Assembly: GCA_965203805.1 (NCBI GenBank)
Contig: OZ241917.1
Location: 4,192,001-4,256,000 of the forward strand
Reading direction: 5' to 3'
Source: Candidatus Latescibacterota bacterium
GTDB taxonomy: Bacteria; Latescibacterota; UBA2968; GCA-2709665
Length of the DNA stretch: 64,000 nt
Below are positions 42,021 to 51,984 of this stretch, piece by piece (the first letter of the stretch is position 1; every line of letters starts with the position of its first letter). A model generated the notes under the pieces. The model was not told the origin of the DNA. It ran no database searches and saw nothing but the letters and a program-made list of their open reading frames with translations. A program made the translations under genes and the position numbers.

Positions 42021-43344
42021 GATCCCAGACCTCCCTACGTAAACTGTTTCGCAGCAACTCGGCACCCATACTTCCATTCAAAAAATCGAATGACCGGCTG
42101 CGGACTTTCTCGTTGAGGAACGCCGCCATCCTGTAAAGGTCATGGTACTCGTATCGGGTGATTCCGTTATGCTCGGCGAACGGAAATCTGTGAGGGGACA
42201 GATCAGCGTACGAAAGATCGTCAAGATACTCCTTATGTTGTTCGTACAGTTCTGTTCCCGGCGTTGCGGTGTATGGCTTGAGGATGACACTTCCAAACGT
42301 CCTGAGAACGGTGAAACAACGATGGACGATCCCTTCCAGGGTTTCGCCAGGGCGCCCAATCCATACGAATCCGCAAGTCCTGTTTCCGTCCGCAAGATCA
42401 ATCCCCGCTTCCAGTAAGTGGGCTCTACACTGCTTGTATACGACCTCGTCTAGATCCAATTCCTCCTCGGACTGCTCAAAGTGAAGCTCCGCGAACGTAC
42501 GATCTGCGAACATCCTCGCTAAGTCTGGTGTGACCCGTTCGGGATGCAGCCCTGACACCGCATGAAACTGCAGATGTGGGTGGAGTCCTTTCGTACTCTC
42601 GACGATCTCTCGAAGTAGCTTGCCCTCGTCGCGACAAATGTCGTCCTCGGCATCAAACACGGCAACGCGAAATATTCCAAGATCGATTGCTTCCCTAATC
42701 GTGGGAATGGCCGTAGCTGGATTGAGAGTAATCGAAACGAACGACGGTTTTTCGCCTTTGTAGAGCTTCAGTGATGATCCATTGTCGGCATGCCTAAGTG
42801 GCGTCCTGACGAACAAGTCGGCATCACAAAAGTCTACTGCGTTGTCCAGCATAAATCGTGGGTAATTGCCCAGTACCGCCAGTTTCGCGTCTGGAAGCCA
42901 AAGGCGTAGCTTCGTGCATAATTGGTGAATGCTGGCGAACCAATAGCTGCACAGCGAAGTAATCCACACTTGAGTTGGCTCGTTTCGCTCGCCTTCAGCA
43001 CGTCGCTCGACGACCCAATCCTTGAGTGCGTCGAATGGTTTTCCGAATCTCCACATTGGATATTTGTAAGCAAATTGACCATTGCCGACTTGCTTGTATC
43101 TCTCTCGCCCGTTCAACGCTTTTTTTTGTACGCGGCCTTTGTTGTTCGGCACCATGAAGTCAAACAGCTCAACCCCACATCCCTTGCTGTTGTTGAGATA
43201 CGCCCCAATTCCGAGTAGGTCCAATGGTTGATTCCACTGCAGCCAGCTATAGCGTGTCTCGAACACTGGCGGGTTTACCAGCAGTATCCTGTCGCGCTCT
43301 TCGACTTGGTTCAGTAGTATTTGTCCTGTGACAGAATTAGTCAT
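41989..43344 (-). CDS. Cobalamin-binding radical-SAM paralog lacking the CxxxCxxC motif
   Basis: ILLVNPP...PLDLLGIG...WITSLCSYW...LGNYP and C-terminal FVWIGRPGET, YTATPGTELY; no three-Cys motif anywhere. Confidence 0.8.
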   Translation of the reverse strand: MTNSVTGQILLNQVEERDRILLVNPPVFETRYSWLQWNQPLDLLGIGAYLNNSKGCGVELFDFMVPNNKGRVQKKALNGRERYKQVGNGQFAYKYPMWRFGKPFDALKDWVVERRAEGERNEPTQVWITSLCSYWFASIHQLCTKLRLWLPDAKLAVLGNYPRFMLDNAVDFCDADLFVRTPLRHADNGSSLKLYKGEKPSFVSITLNPATAIPTIREAIDLGIFRVAVFDAEDDICRDEGKLLREIVESTKGLHPHLQFHAVSGLHPERVTPDLARMFADRTFAELHFEQSEEELDLDEVVYKQCRAHLLEAGIDLADGNRTCGFVWIGRPGETLEGIVHRCFTVLRTFGSVILKPYTATPGTELYEQHKEYLDDLSYADLSPHRFPFAEHNGITRYEYHDLYRMAAFLNEKVRSRSFDFLNGSMGAELLRNSLRREVWDLEAFPLSVID

Positions 43345-45304
43345 TGGATTGCATCGTGAAAGACAATAGTGTCACGGCCATTTCCATCATCTGTTCGGCG
43401 TCGCCTTCCGCCGCTGTGCGTGCCAATACCAATGCCAGGGCGGTGCGTAGGAATCCCCGCTCATCCATCTGGGACTTTGCAGCATGGCCCCAATTAACGT
43501 GAATTCTGTCCCGCTTGAAGTCTATTTCAGCGATGGGTTGGCTCGCCGTGCCCTTCTTGTGTACGACGTCGAACCGCCGTTTGAACAACATAATACCGTT
43601 GTCCCATTCAGGTCGCGATACGTCGATTGTCACCTGTTTTTTTTCATAGTCTATTGTTGCTGCTTCTGACTGACGACTTGCCTGATTTACGGCCATACCA
43701 GCCACTTTGTTGGGAACGTCAAATCCTGCCGGCTTCGCAGATGCTAACCCGTTCGGGCGCGGGCTGTTCGACTTGAGCATATCCCGTATCGCGTTGGCTT
43801 GTTGTCCGCCTTCGGTCATAAGGTGAGTTATCCCCGCCGACACATCATCCATCGCACGCCGGATGTACGCCGCGCGACTCAACGTGCTATCGATTGACGA
43901 CCTCGCCTGGCTTCGTTTTAGGACTGCATCAATGGTCCTGCCGAGATATCCGCCAACCCTTTCACCCTCTCCCCGGAAATACTTACGCAAGGTGAGAAAA
44001 TCACCACTCTCCTCGTAAAAGCCCTCGCGACCAGGATTGATCGCATCTACCGCGTCCAAGCCGCTCAGCACATTTATCTCACCCGTGATCTGGCTCAATG
44101 CGGCCTTGTGGGCTCCAGTAAGAAGGAATTCGGCGCCGAGAAAGGTCGGATCGCCGATTGCGACACCTTGGACACGTATAGAAACGCCTCGATACTCGGC
44201 CGGGAACACAACGCTTTCGTAGCCGAGAAGGAATCCTTTCGCGATAAGACCACCCTCGTTTATGTCTACTGCCGTGATCATATCCTTGTATAGCGTCGCT
44301 GCGTCCGGTTCGAACGGATAGAGTGGACGAGCCAACTCTCTCTCCGAATTGCCGTGCCGGAGAGTCACTTTTTCCAGTGTGGGTGGCGATGCATCCTCCA
44401 AGAGGGCTTCAAGATGTTCAGCTTGATCTGGCGCCGTCGTGTACCCGATTGGTGTACATCGTGACAAATGCCACGCGACCTGTTCAAAGCCGCTGCGACT
44501 GGCAACATTTCGAACGAAGCCCTTCCGGCGCCCGGCTCGGAGTTCGCGCTTTACAAACGACTTGAGTCCCTCTATTGCGACCGTTGTCCCTCCCGTCGAT
44601 TCCCGCTGCAGCTCTTGAATTTCGATCAACGCGAAATCGGACAGTTTTTCAAGGTCGGCAGAATCCGCGAGCTTGAGCAAGCGATCAAAGTCCAGAGTCG
44701 CTCGAAAACCCAACCTAGTGCAGTCGATGTCAAATTCAATGTCAACCTCACCGAAATCCTTCTTGAAGTCGAGACTACCAGTCTTCGCGTTCAACTCGTA
44801 GTCGGTTGCATCAACCTTCAGCCGTTTTCCAGATTGGATCACCTCGAAACTGCACAACCTATTGAGTAACTGCGGGTCAATGGGTACGCCCAGAGCGCTG
44901 ACGAGATCTATGGACGGGTATGCCTTTACGATCGAATGTGTCCGTTTGAACTGACGAGGACTGCTTGAAGTGATGATCATCCGGTGGCAGTAGCGTGCGA
45001 GCGCGAGGAATCCTATCCCTTTGTTCCCGATGCGGCTTCGATTTTTCTTTGGCGTCCTTTCCCCTGACCATTTACGACTGCTGCCGCCGATTCGAGTGAA
45101 GTCGCATCTGAACTCAAACGGACTCATCCCGTTGCCGTCATCCGATATCGTGGCAGACGTGAAGTCGTCAGCAAACTCGATCGAAACTTCTGTCGCGTCG
45201 GCATCGTAAGCGTTACTGACGAGTTCCTTGAACGCTTTGACGAACGGCTTATAGACGCCGGACAGCTCTCGAAGAATCGAAGGATCAACGCCTCCAACGC
45301 TCAT
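43337..45304 (-). CDS. MORC/GHKL (HATPase_c_3) ATPase no. 1
   Basis: KELVSNAYDA, DDGNGM, GNKGIG, GTTV; S5-like GVSIRVQGVAIG...GEINV...NPGREGF; C-terminal IHVNWGH. Start is ATG 45304 or GTG 45328. Confidence 0.9.
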   Translation of the reverse strand: MSVGGVDPSILRELSGVYKPFVKAFKELVSNAYDADATEVSIEFADDFTSATISDDGNGMSPFEFRCDFTRIGGSSRKWSGERTPKKNRSRIGNKGIGFLALARYCHRMIITSSSPRQFKRTHSIVKAYPSIDLVSALGVPIDPQLLNRLCSFEVIQSGKRLKVDATDYELNAKTGSLDFKKDFGEVDIEFDIDCTRLGFRATLDFDRLLKLADSADLEKLSDFALIEIQELQRESTGGTTVAIEGLKSFVKRELRAGRRKGFVRNVASRSGFEQVAWHLSRCTPIGYTTAPDQAEHLEALLEDASPPTLEKVTLRHGNSERELARPLYPFEPDAATLYKDMITAVDINEGGLIAKGFLLGYESVVFPAEYRGVSIRVQGVAIGDPTFLGAEFLLTGAHKAALSQITGEINVLSGLDAVDAINPGREGFYEESGDFLTLRKYFRGEGERVGGYLGRTIDAVLKRSQARSSIDSTLSRAAYIRRAMDDVSAGITHLMTEGGQQANAIRDMLKSNSPRPNGLASAKPAGFDVPNKVAGMAVNQASRQSEAATIDYEKKQVTIDVSRPEWDNGIMLFKRRFDVVHKKGTASQPIAEIDFKRDRIHVNWGHAAKSQMDERGFLRTALALVLARTAAEGDAEQMMEMAVTLLSFTMQSND

Positions 45305-45682
45305 TCCATGTTTCGATGCTTCTCTCACGCAATTTGCCCGATTCCACCGGTGGTTAGGACATTAAAAAAACGTGGTTTCTTTTTCCCAGGCAAGGGGAAT
45401 TTGGATGCGAAATTGGCAGAGTTGCGGGCCTCCAACACCCACAATCGCGTTGCTGCATGTGAGCATTCACCGACGATTCCACGCGACGAGAGGCAACTCA
45501 TCCCAGGTCATGTTGGTCCACTGTGTACGTGTTCAGTTGACTGCATAGTTCCCGTATTGGTATGTCTTTTCTATAAATACCAACTAATTGCGATCTTTGC
45601 AATACCGGCTGCAGACCTTGTTAATGAAATGGAAGGTCTACAGCGAAAAAGTGCGATTTTCCTGGTGATTCCAAAGCAGCCC

Positions 45683-46561
45683 CTACCCTTTCTCATCCAT
45701 AAACGCCTCGTATAGCGCCAGTGGTTGGGACATCGAGTCGTCGATTTCGGTGACGGCGAACCGGACCTCCACGGTACGTTCGTCGCCAACGCGGAAATCG
45801 TCCCCGAACAGCGAGAGGTAGAGGGGGTTCTGGTCCCTGAACGGGTCCTTCATGTTCTCGCTCTCGTACCCGCTGATCACCGCATAGCAGTCCTGCGGGC
45901 GCGACATCAGCACGCCCGCAATGCCTTTCTCCAGGTTCGCGCTCATGATCACGGGCGCCTCGAAATACCGTTGCGGATTCCACTGGTAGAGGCCCCAGAT
46001 CCGGTCCCATCGCCCGTCGGTCGACCGCCGGGCCGCGTGCTGGTCCCTCGAGAAGACCAGTCCCGTTCCCACGAAGACGTCGTTCACCTCCGGCGCGATC
46101 CACCGCGCCCGGTCCGCGGGAATGTCGAACGGACTGCCCTGAACGTACACGTACGGCCGCAGCGACAGATCGAAATAGTTCGACAGGAACACTTCGTAGG
46201 CCGGGTAGGGCCAGTTGGACTTCACGGTAATGGACAGGTCCACCGCATTGGGCTCGACCACCTCGTACCTGGCCGTCATCTCCGCCTTGTGATCGTCCGT
46301 CGGCGCCCAGTGCACGTCGATCGCATTGCCCCCGGACGTGATGCTGCGCGCGTTTTCCCGGGCCTGCCCCATGCAGTGATTCTGTGAAAACATGAAAAAC
46401 AGATTCAGGAGGTCGTACTTCGGATGAACCACCTGTGCGCCCGTCGGTTTGTGCGTCAATTCCTTGATCCCATGCCGGTCCCCGTCCGGCTGAATGTGCC
46501 CCGCCATCTGCTCCGTATCAAAGTGCCACACGTTCTGTTCCGCATCGTGCCTCAGCGCCAT
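45683..46561 (-). CDS. Conserved hypothetical beta-rich protein
   Basis: AGGAGG RBS before ATG 46561; host-like codon usage; YEVFLSNYF and YLSLFG. Confidence 0.75.
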   Translation of the reverse strand: MALRHDAEQNVWHFDTEQMAGHIQPDGDRHGIKELTHKPTGAQVVHPKYDLLNLFFMFSQNHCMGQARENARSITSGGNAIDVHWAPTDDHKAEMTARYEVVEPNAVDLSITVKSNWPYPAYEVFLSNYFDLSLRPYVYVQGSPFDIPADRARWIAPEVNDVFVGTGLVFSRDQHAARRSTDGRWDRIWGLYQWNPQRYFEAPVIMSANLEKGIAGVLMSRPQDCYAVISGYESENMKDPFRDQNPLYLSLFGDDFRVGDERTVEVRFAVTEIDDSMSQPLALYEAFMDEKG

Positions 46562-46610
46562 CTCAACGCCTCCTTTCAGATCTCCAGCCAAAACCGGGTC
46601 GCGGGCCCTC

Positions 46611-49145
46611 TCACGTGAGTCTCAGACATCTCGAAAACCCGTACGGATGCGCCGGAAGCAGGGCGCCGGGCATCGGCGGCGTTTCACGGACTATCGCCTG
46701 CCTGGCGGGCGCCTCGTATCCGGCGACCCATGCCTCCACCGTCAGTTCGTCGAGATCGTCACCGGTTATGTCCAGCGTTACGGACGCCCATCCACTTTCG
46801 TGAATGGTGAACAGATAGTCGTCACGTTCCCTCGGTCCCACGGGAGGCAGGAACCTGGCCGATCCGTGGCTGCTCCGCCCCTGCCGGTGGATGCGCTGGC
46901 TCACATAGGCGTATCGCGCCGGCACACCCTTGTACCGCGACCCGCCGGCTCGGACGTGCACGCCGTCCAGCACCTTTTCCGGTCCGTGCAGGACAACCTG
47001 CAGTTCCGGACGCTCGAATCGATGGGGAACCGCAACGTACCATTGCCTCCTGTGGGTACCGTCATTCAATTCGTCGCAGGTCGTCTCGGCGGATAGACCG
47101 GGGATTTGCATATCTGGATGTACCGCGGGACCCACGTCGCCCGTAAGCCGCCGGTCCCCTGGAAACAGGTATTCACATCCGCCATCGCACAACCGGGCCA
47201 TGAACGCCGCGCCGGGAATCGGCGACGCGTCCTCCTGTGCGTCGGCGAAGAATTTCAACAACCGCACTTCGTTCCCCAATATCGTCACCGACCCTTCCAG
47301 GTCCTGGCAGAAGGGATAGACCTGCCGAATCGTGCCCGGCGCATATCCCAATTCATCGTCCTGACCGAGATCCACGACCTGTGGTTCAGGGGAAGGATTT
47401 CTGAGCAGGAGCCAGGCGCTTCCGTCCGACGGATGCAGGAAGCCGTACACCTCGCCGAAGGCCGGATTCCCCAGCACCATCCGCGTCTCCTTCGTCCCCA
47501 ACGCGTCCGCGTTGAATCGCATCCAGTCCATCATCGCCTGCAAGTGTTCCGCCCGGTCCGCCCTCAGGCTTTCGGGATTTATAGGCATCGGCATATAGGT
47601 GGTGCCGCGGCAGGCCGCCAGCACCAGATTGTCCAGCCATGTATGGGGCGGATCGCCGAACGCGTTGGTCAACGCCTGTACGAATTCGTGATTGTCATAC
47701 GCGTCGAAGAAGATCGGCGTCTCCGCACGGCGCATGATCTGATAATAAACCGTGTCCCGATGCGTCAGGGCCCGGTCGCGCTGGGTGCGAGACGGCCACG
47801 ACGCGTATTCACAATCTCCCGAGTGAACCAGCCATACGTGGTTCGCCAGACACAGCCACCAGGGGCTGGGCCACCACCCGTTCCGCGTCACCAGGTCCGG
47901 GTTGACGGCCCGAAGCCGGCGGTCGATCCTGTTGAACGCGTTCACCGACGCCTCGCGCATGTGATCGGGTGACGGGTAGCGGTCCGCAAAGTCGGGATGG
48001 GTGGCGCACTCGTTGTCCCAATCGATCTTCAAATGAACGGCCCCCACGTCTCCCACCAGCGCCTCCCAGCGCCGGGCGAGGGCTTCTTCGAAGGAAGGCT
48101 GCGCCATCACCACAAAAGTACCGCTTCCGTAGGAACCTGGACCTTCGCCGACCCGCCATCCCTGCTCCTGAATCCAATCGGTGTCGAATCCCACCGGACC
48201 GTTGTGCGTGACCCACAACGCCAGCGAGAATCCCGTTTGTTTCAGATCCTCGGAAAACGCGACGAGCCGGGAATCGTCCTCGTCGTCGCCCTTGTGCCGG
48301 TAGATTGTCTTCCTGTCGAACCAGCCCGCGTCAAACGCGAGAGAATCCGGCTTCAGGCCCAGGTCCGAAACCGCCTCTGCGTAGGCCTGGTTCATTTCGA
48401 ACGAGTCGAGATACTCCCGATTGCCCAGATAACGGACCGACCATCCCACCGAAAGATGGAATATCGGCTTTGACAGCCGGGGCAGGCGGATCTGCCACAT
48501 GTAGTCCATGAATGCGTCTCGCACGGCCTGGTGGCTCTCCGCCGCGCCGTAGACCGCGGTGTAGCTCTCGATGCGTCGTTCATCGTCCCAAACCGGGTGG
48601 TGGAAGAGCTCCAGCCTGTCTCCAGGAACCACAAAGCCCACCGGATGCTCCAGCCCGGCAAACCAGTCTCCGGCCCACACCGGATACCCGCAGCCCGGTA
48701 CAGGCGGGGCGTACGAGTCGAGCCCGGACTGTTCTTCCGCGCCCGGCCCGCCTCGGACACCGTATCCCACGCGTCTCATGGGCCTTGGAGGACTGTCCTG
48801 AATGTCCACCCAGAGCCGGTCCGGCGTGGGCGCGCCCGGACTTTCCGGGGCCTCGAGCGTCAACTGTTTACTGAACCAGGGATCCTCTCCATCGATCCAG
48901 TACCGCACCCGGGCTCGAATGCCGGTCGTTTCGTGGCGGTAATCAAACGCAATCTCATTCTTACCGGGTTCAACACCGGTCCGGACAAACAGGTCCGCCG
49001 GAATCTCCACGTCGCCGAGCCGGATCATGAACGCGGGAAAGTCGAACGCGCGGCGCGAGCCCGACAGCCGATTCTCCAACTGCAGATGTCCGCCCTCCCA
49101 TCGCAGACAGAGGGCGTTGTTTTCGAGTACCCAATGATCGGTCAC
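46611..49145 (-). CDS. Glycoside hydrolase, GH36/clan-D-like TIM barrel
   Basis: AFDAGWF, SLALW and HLKIDWD (nucleophile-like KxD); GGAGGT RBS. Confidence 0.6.
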   Translation of the reverse strand: MTDHWVLENNALCLRWEGGHLQLENRLSGSRRAFDFPAFMIRLGDVEIPADLFVRTGVEPGKNEIAFDYRHETTGIRARVRYWIDGEDPWFSKQLTLEAPESPGAPTPDRLWVDIQDSPPRPMRRVGYGVRGGPGAEEQSGLDSYAPPVPGCGYPVWAGDWFAGLEHPVGFVVPGDRLELFHHPVWDDERRIESYTAVYGAAESHQAVRDAFMDYMWQIRLPRLSKPIFHLSVGWSVRYLGNREYLDSFEMNQAYAEAVSDLGLKPDSLAFDAGWFDRKTIYRHKGDDEDDSRLVAFSEDLKQTGFSLALWVTHNGPVGFDTDWIQEQGWRVGEGPGSYGSGTFVVMAQPSFEEALARRWEALVGDVGAVHLKIDWDNECATHPDFADRYPSPDHMREASVNAFNRIDRRLRAVNPDLVTRNGWWPSPWWLCLANHVWLVHSGDCEYASWPSRTQRDRALTHRDTVYYQIMRRAETPIFFDAYDNHEFVQALTNAFGDPPHTWLDNLVLAACRGTTYMPMPINPESLRADRAEHLQAMMDWMRFNADALGTKETRMVLGNPAFGEVYGFLHPSDGSAWLLLRNPSPEPQVVDLGQDDELGYAPGTIRQVYPFCQDLEGSVTILGNEVRLLKFFADAQEDASPIPGAAFMARLCDGGCEYLFPGDRRLTGDVGPAVHPDMQIPGLSAETTCDELNDGTHRRQWYVAVPHRFERPELQVVLHGPEKVLDGVHVRAGGSRYKGVPARYAYVSQRIHRQGRSSHGSARFLPPVGPRERDDYLFTIHESGWASVTLDITGDDLDELTVEAWVAGYEAPARQAIVRETPPMPGALLPAHPYGFSRCLRLT

Positions 49146-49165
49146 GGAATTACCTCCAGGTCTCC

Positions 49166-51601
49166 CTATCCTGTGCGAATCGTCTGCCCCGCGCCGATAG
49201 AATGCTCGTCGCCGGTACCTTCACCACTCACGATCTCCACGACCAATTGACCGCTGCCGGTGTTCGTCACGTGGATCCCGCCGCCGGGCACGGCATCGGC
49301 CCTGATATCTCCATTCGCGCGCAGCGAATGCGTCACGGCCAGCAGACACGCGCTCTCGCTGTTGAGCGAAACGTGGTAGCGCACAATATCGTCAGTTACG
49401 TCGACCGAGGCGCCGGCATACACGAGGACGTCCTCCTGCCGGGCCTGCGTAAATGTACAAACCTTGCGTTTCTCCTCGAAATTCGCCGCCGCGAGGTATC
49501 CGTCCGTTACCAGGCAGGCGCTCCGGTCCGGTCCCGCAAGGACGTCGAGCCGGCTGGCAGGCGTGTCTTCGCGGGCCTGCTCGGGAATCAGCAGCGCGGC
49601 CAGAGACGCGGCTTCCTCGCCCGCCGGCAATGCCCTTGCTTCCGTCTGGTGCGAAAGGGTAAGATCATCGGCGATTGCACGATATGGTTTATAGAAGTGC
49701 CGGTTCAGATAACCCGCCTCGCCGGTGGCCGAAAACACAATGCCGAGGCGGTCGTCGATATTCAGCCATTCCGGCCTGCCGAGGCCGTCCTCGATATCCT
49801 CGTCCTCGCGATCGCCGAGCCAGCCTCTGTAATCGGTTGACCCATCGGGGCGGTACAGTGTGCGGATCCCTCTGCAGTTCGGTTCGAGCAGCGGGAAATG
49901 CTCGTTGGTAATCCGCAGGAACCCCTGGTCGAGCGATTCCAGCGTCAGGTCTTCCAGGGCCGTGAACCGCTCGAAGGACAGCGCCCGCCCATCCGGCAGG
50001 CTGGCGAACAACACCTGCTGCCGCAATGACTCCTGGCACCGGTCCATGGTCATCGCCACCGCAAACCCGTCGTCATAGTCGGTCACGCGCGCCCGCTTCA
50101 AGCGATGGCTGTCCGGGCGCCCCTTTACCACCGGCCTGCCCAGCCAGCTGTCCGAACAGGGCGCGATCGTGTAGATTCCCTCCCTGGTCAACGGCATTGC
50201 CATGACGGAGTTTCGCCACGAAAACGACGTCTGTCCTTTCGGATGACGATGATGGACGAAACCCGCGTGCGGGTATTCACGCACCCCGGCCAGTCGCCGC
50301 TCGAGTTCGTCTTCCGGGGTGGGTTTCGGCCCCGGCCCGAACAGCCGGTGGAACAGGTACTGGTGCGCAACCGCGCTGATGGTGACTTCCCGCATGATCA
50401 TCGGGTCCTGCTGATCGTGCGCCCGTTCCGCAAAGTCCCTGTCGTACATCCGCCCGCCGTTTCCATCCTGCCGCAGTTCCGCGTTCCGGAGCCCTCTGCG
50501 CAGAAGCGCCGCGGCATCCGCGTCGTCGAAGAATACGGCGGCAGCAGCATGCGGGTTCTCGCTGCCGGTTGCGGGCAGATAGTGCCAGTCCATCCCCTGC
50601 ACGGCCTGGGCGTACCCCCACCCGTCGGTCATCGCCTTGAGATTCTCGTAGACCCTGCGCCGGTTCCAGAACAACTCCGGCGGCAGTTCCCGTCCCCACA
50701 GCTTCAATTGCACCCCCGCCGAACTGAGCGGCCGGACGCCCGAAGCGGTGTAGTTCGGATGCACCATCCCGTGGTTTTCCGCCCAGTAGTCCGGCAACGC
50801 CGTGAATATCTTCCCCGCGAGCGCTCCCGCCGTGGTCCGGCCCAATTCGCCGCGGTCCTTCGCGTCCTGCGGCGCCGAGCAGGTGGAATACATCCACCGC
50901 CTGCACGTTGCCTCCCACTCGGCGGCGTCTTCGTGCCGCTCCAGAAACAGATGGCAGGAGGTCAATCCGTTGGACGTCCAGGCATTCTCTTCCATCTGCG
51001 TATCCACGTAGATCCCGCTCTTCGGGGCCATGTTCCCGAATCTGGCGGCATAGTCCGCGTGCACACGCGCCATCATCATCCACGTCTCGTCGTCAATCCG
51101 GTCCCGCAGCAACAGGCATACGCGCGCCAGCGTTGAGATCCCATGGCCGCACTGGCTTTCCTTGAAGAACCCCAGCCCGCGTTCGCCCCACTTGGTACCG
51201 CAAATCTCGGGGCGTCCCAGTCCCACGCTGGGCCTGACGCAGTCAGGGGGCCCGGAGTCGTGCGTGAAACAAAGGTACCTCAGCCCCATAATCGCCATGC
51301 GTTGAAGGTCGCTCCGGGAAACGCCGACCCCTTTCTCGTCGTACTCCGGGGAGATGCTGGCGAGGGCGAATGTCTCCACGGGCGGCGTCGTATCGGCGCC
51401 ATACCAGTGGCACCCGCCGAAGAAGTGCCCGCAGTCCGGGCGGTCCGGCCATTCCTCGAAATACTCGACGCCCGTGGGAATCCACTTCTCCATCATCCGC
51501 AGGTAGCGGCGGCTGAGTTCGTTCTCTTCCGCCGGAAGGAATGGCGCCTTCAGTTCAGTCGTGTCTGACATTCTGACCATTTCGTTTTCTCCTTGCATCA
51601 A
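49166..51601 (-). CDS. Uncharacterised ~800-aa protein, possible lyase-type helical plus beta-sandwich fold (paralog A)
   Basis: Long host-like ORF; shares many blocks with 56236..58650. The true start is probably near 51580 (AGGAG). Confidence 0.7.
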   Translation of the reverse strand: MMQGENEMVRMSDTTELKAPFLPAEENELSRRYLRMMEKWIPTGVEYFEEWPDRPDCGHFFGGCHWYGADTTPPVETFALASISPEYDEKGVGVSRSDLQRMAIMGLRYLCFTHDSGPPDCVRPSVGLGRPEICGTKWGERGLGFFKESQCGHGISTLARVCLLLRDRIDDETWMMMARVHADYAARFGNMAPKSGIYVDTQMEENAWTSNGLTSCHLFLERHEDAAEWEATCRRWMYSTCSAPQDAKDRGELGRTTAGALAGKIFTALPDYWAENHGMVHPNYTASGVRPLSSAGVQLKLWGRELPPELFWNRRRVYENLKAMTDGWGYAQAVQGMDWHYLPATGSENPHAAAAVFFDDADAAALLRRGLRNAELRQDGNGGRMYDRDFAERAHDQQDPMIMREVTISAVAHQYLFHRLFGPGPKPTPEDELERRLAGVREYPHAGFVHHRHPKGQTSFSWRNSVMAMPLTREGIYTIAPCSDSWLGRPVVKGRPDSHRLKRARVTDYDDGFAVAMTMDRCQESLRQQVLFASLPDGRALSFERFTALEDLTLESLDQGFLRITNEHFPLLEPNCRGIRTLYRPDGSTDYRGWLGDREDEDIEDGLGRPEWLNIDDRLGIVFSATGEAGYLNRHFYKPYRAIADDLTLSHQTEARALPAGEEAASLAALLIPEQAREDTPASRLDVLAGPDRSACLVTDGYLAAANFEEKRKVCTFTQARQEDVLVYAGASVDVTDDIVRYHVSLNSESACLLAVTHSLRANGDIRADAVPGGGIHVTNTGSGQLVVEIVSGEGTGDEHSIGAGQTIRTG

Positions 51602-51602
51602 A

Positions 51603-51950
51603 TTAGCCGTCAGCGATCAGCCATCAGCAGTCAGCCTGAACCTGAAACCAAAAGGCGGAACCTCTCCCCCCGAGCCCCTTCCCCTTACAGCTCATTGAAA
51701 CGGCGTTCCGGGCGGTCCCGGGCATTGTCTTACCATTCAACTTTCCCCCATCCCCTACCCCCCTGTCCGCGAGAAAGGGGGACCTGTGAACCGCTCAGGT
51801 TCTCGTGTTTTTCTCCCCCTCTCCACCCGGGAGAGGGGGTTGGGGGGAGAGGTCTGCGTCATTCAAGGCCCTGCCACTTCACTGCGTTGAAGTCAACTGA
51901 TTTTGATTCTTGGTTTTGCTTCAAGCTGACGGCTGACTGCTGATCGCTGT
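51603..51950. repeat. Non-coding element with inverted heptamer-array ends and an internal G/C-run palindrome
   Basis: Left (TCAGCnn)n, right (GCTGAnn)n; CCTCTCCCCCC...GGGGGGAGAGG inner inverted repeat. Confidence 0.8.
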
Positions 51951-51984
51951 TCTTGCTGCTTCCGGCCCGTCGAATTTCGCCACC

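Noticed and set aside
38203-45304. GHKL genes as htpG, mutL, gyrB or histidine kinases
   Set aside because: They lack the family-specific downstream domains and any H-box; the S5-like motifs and context fit the MORC type.
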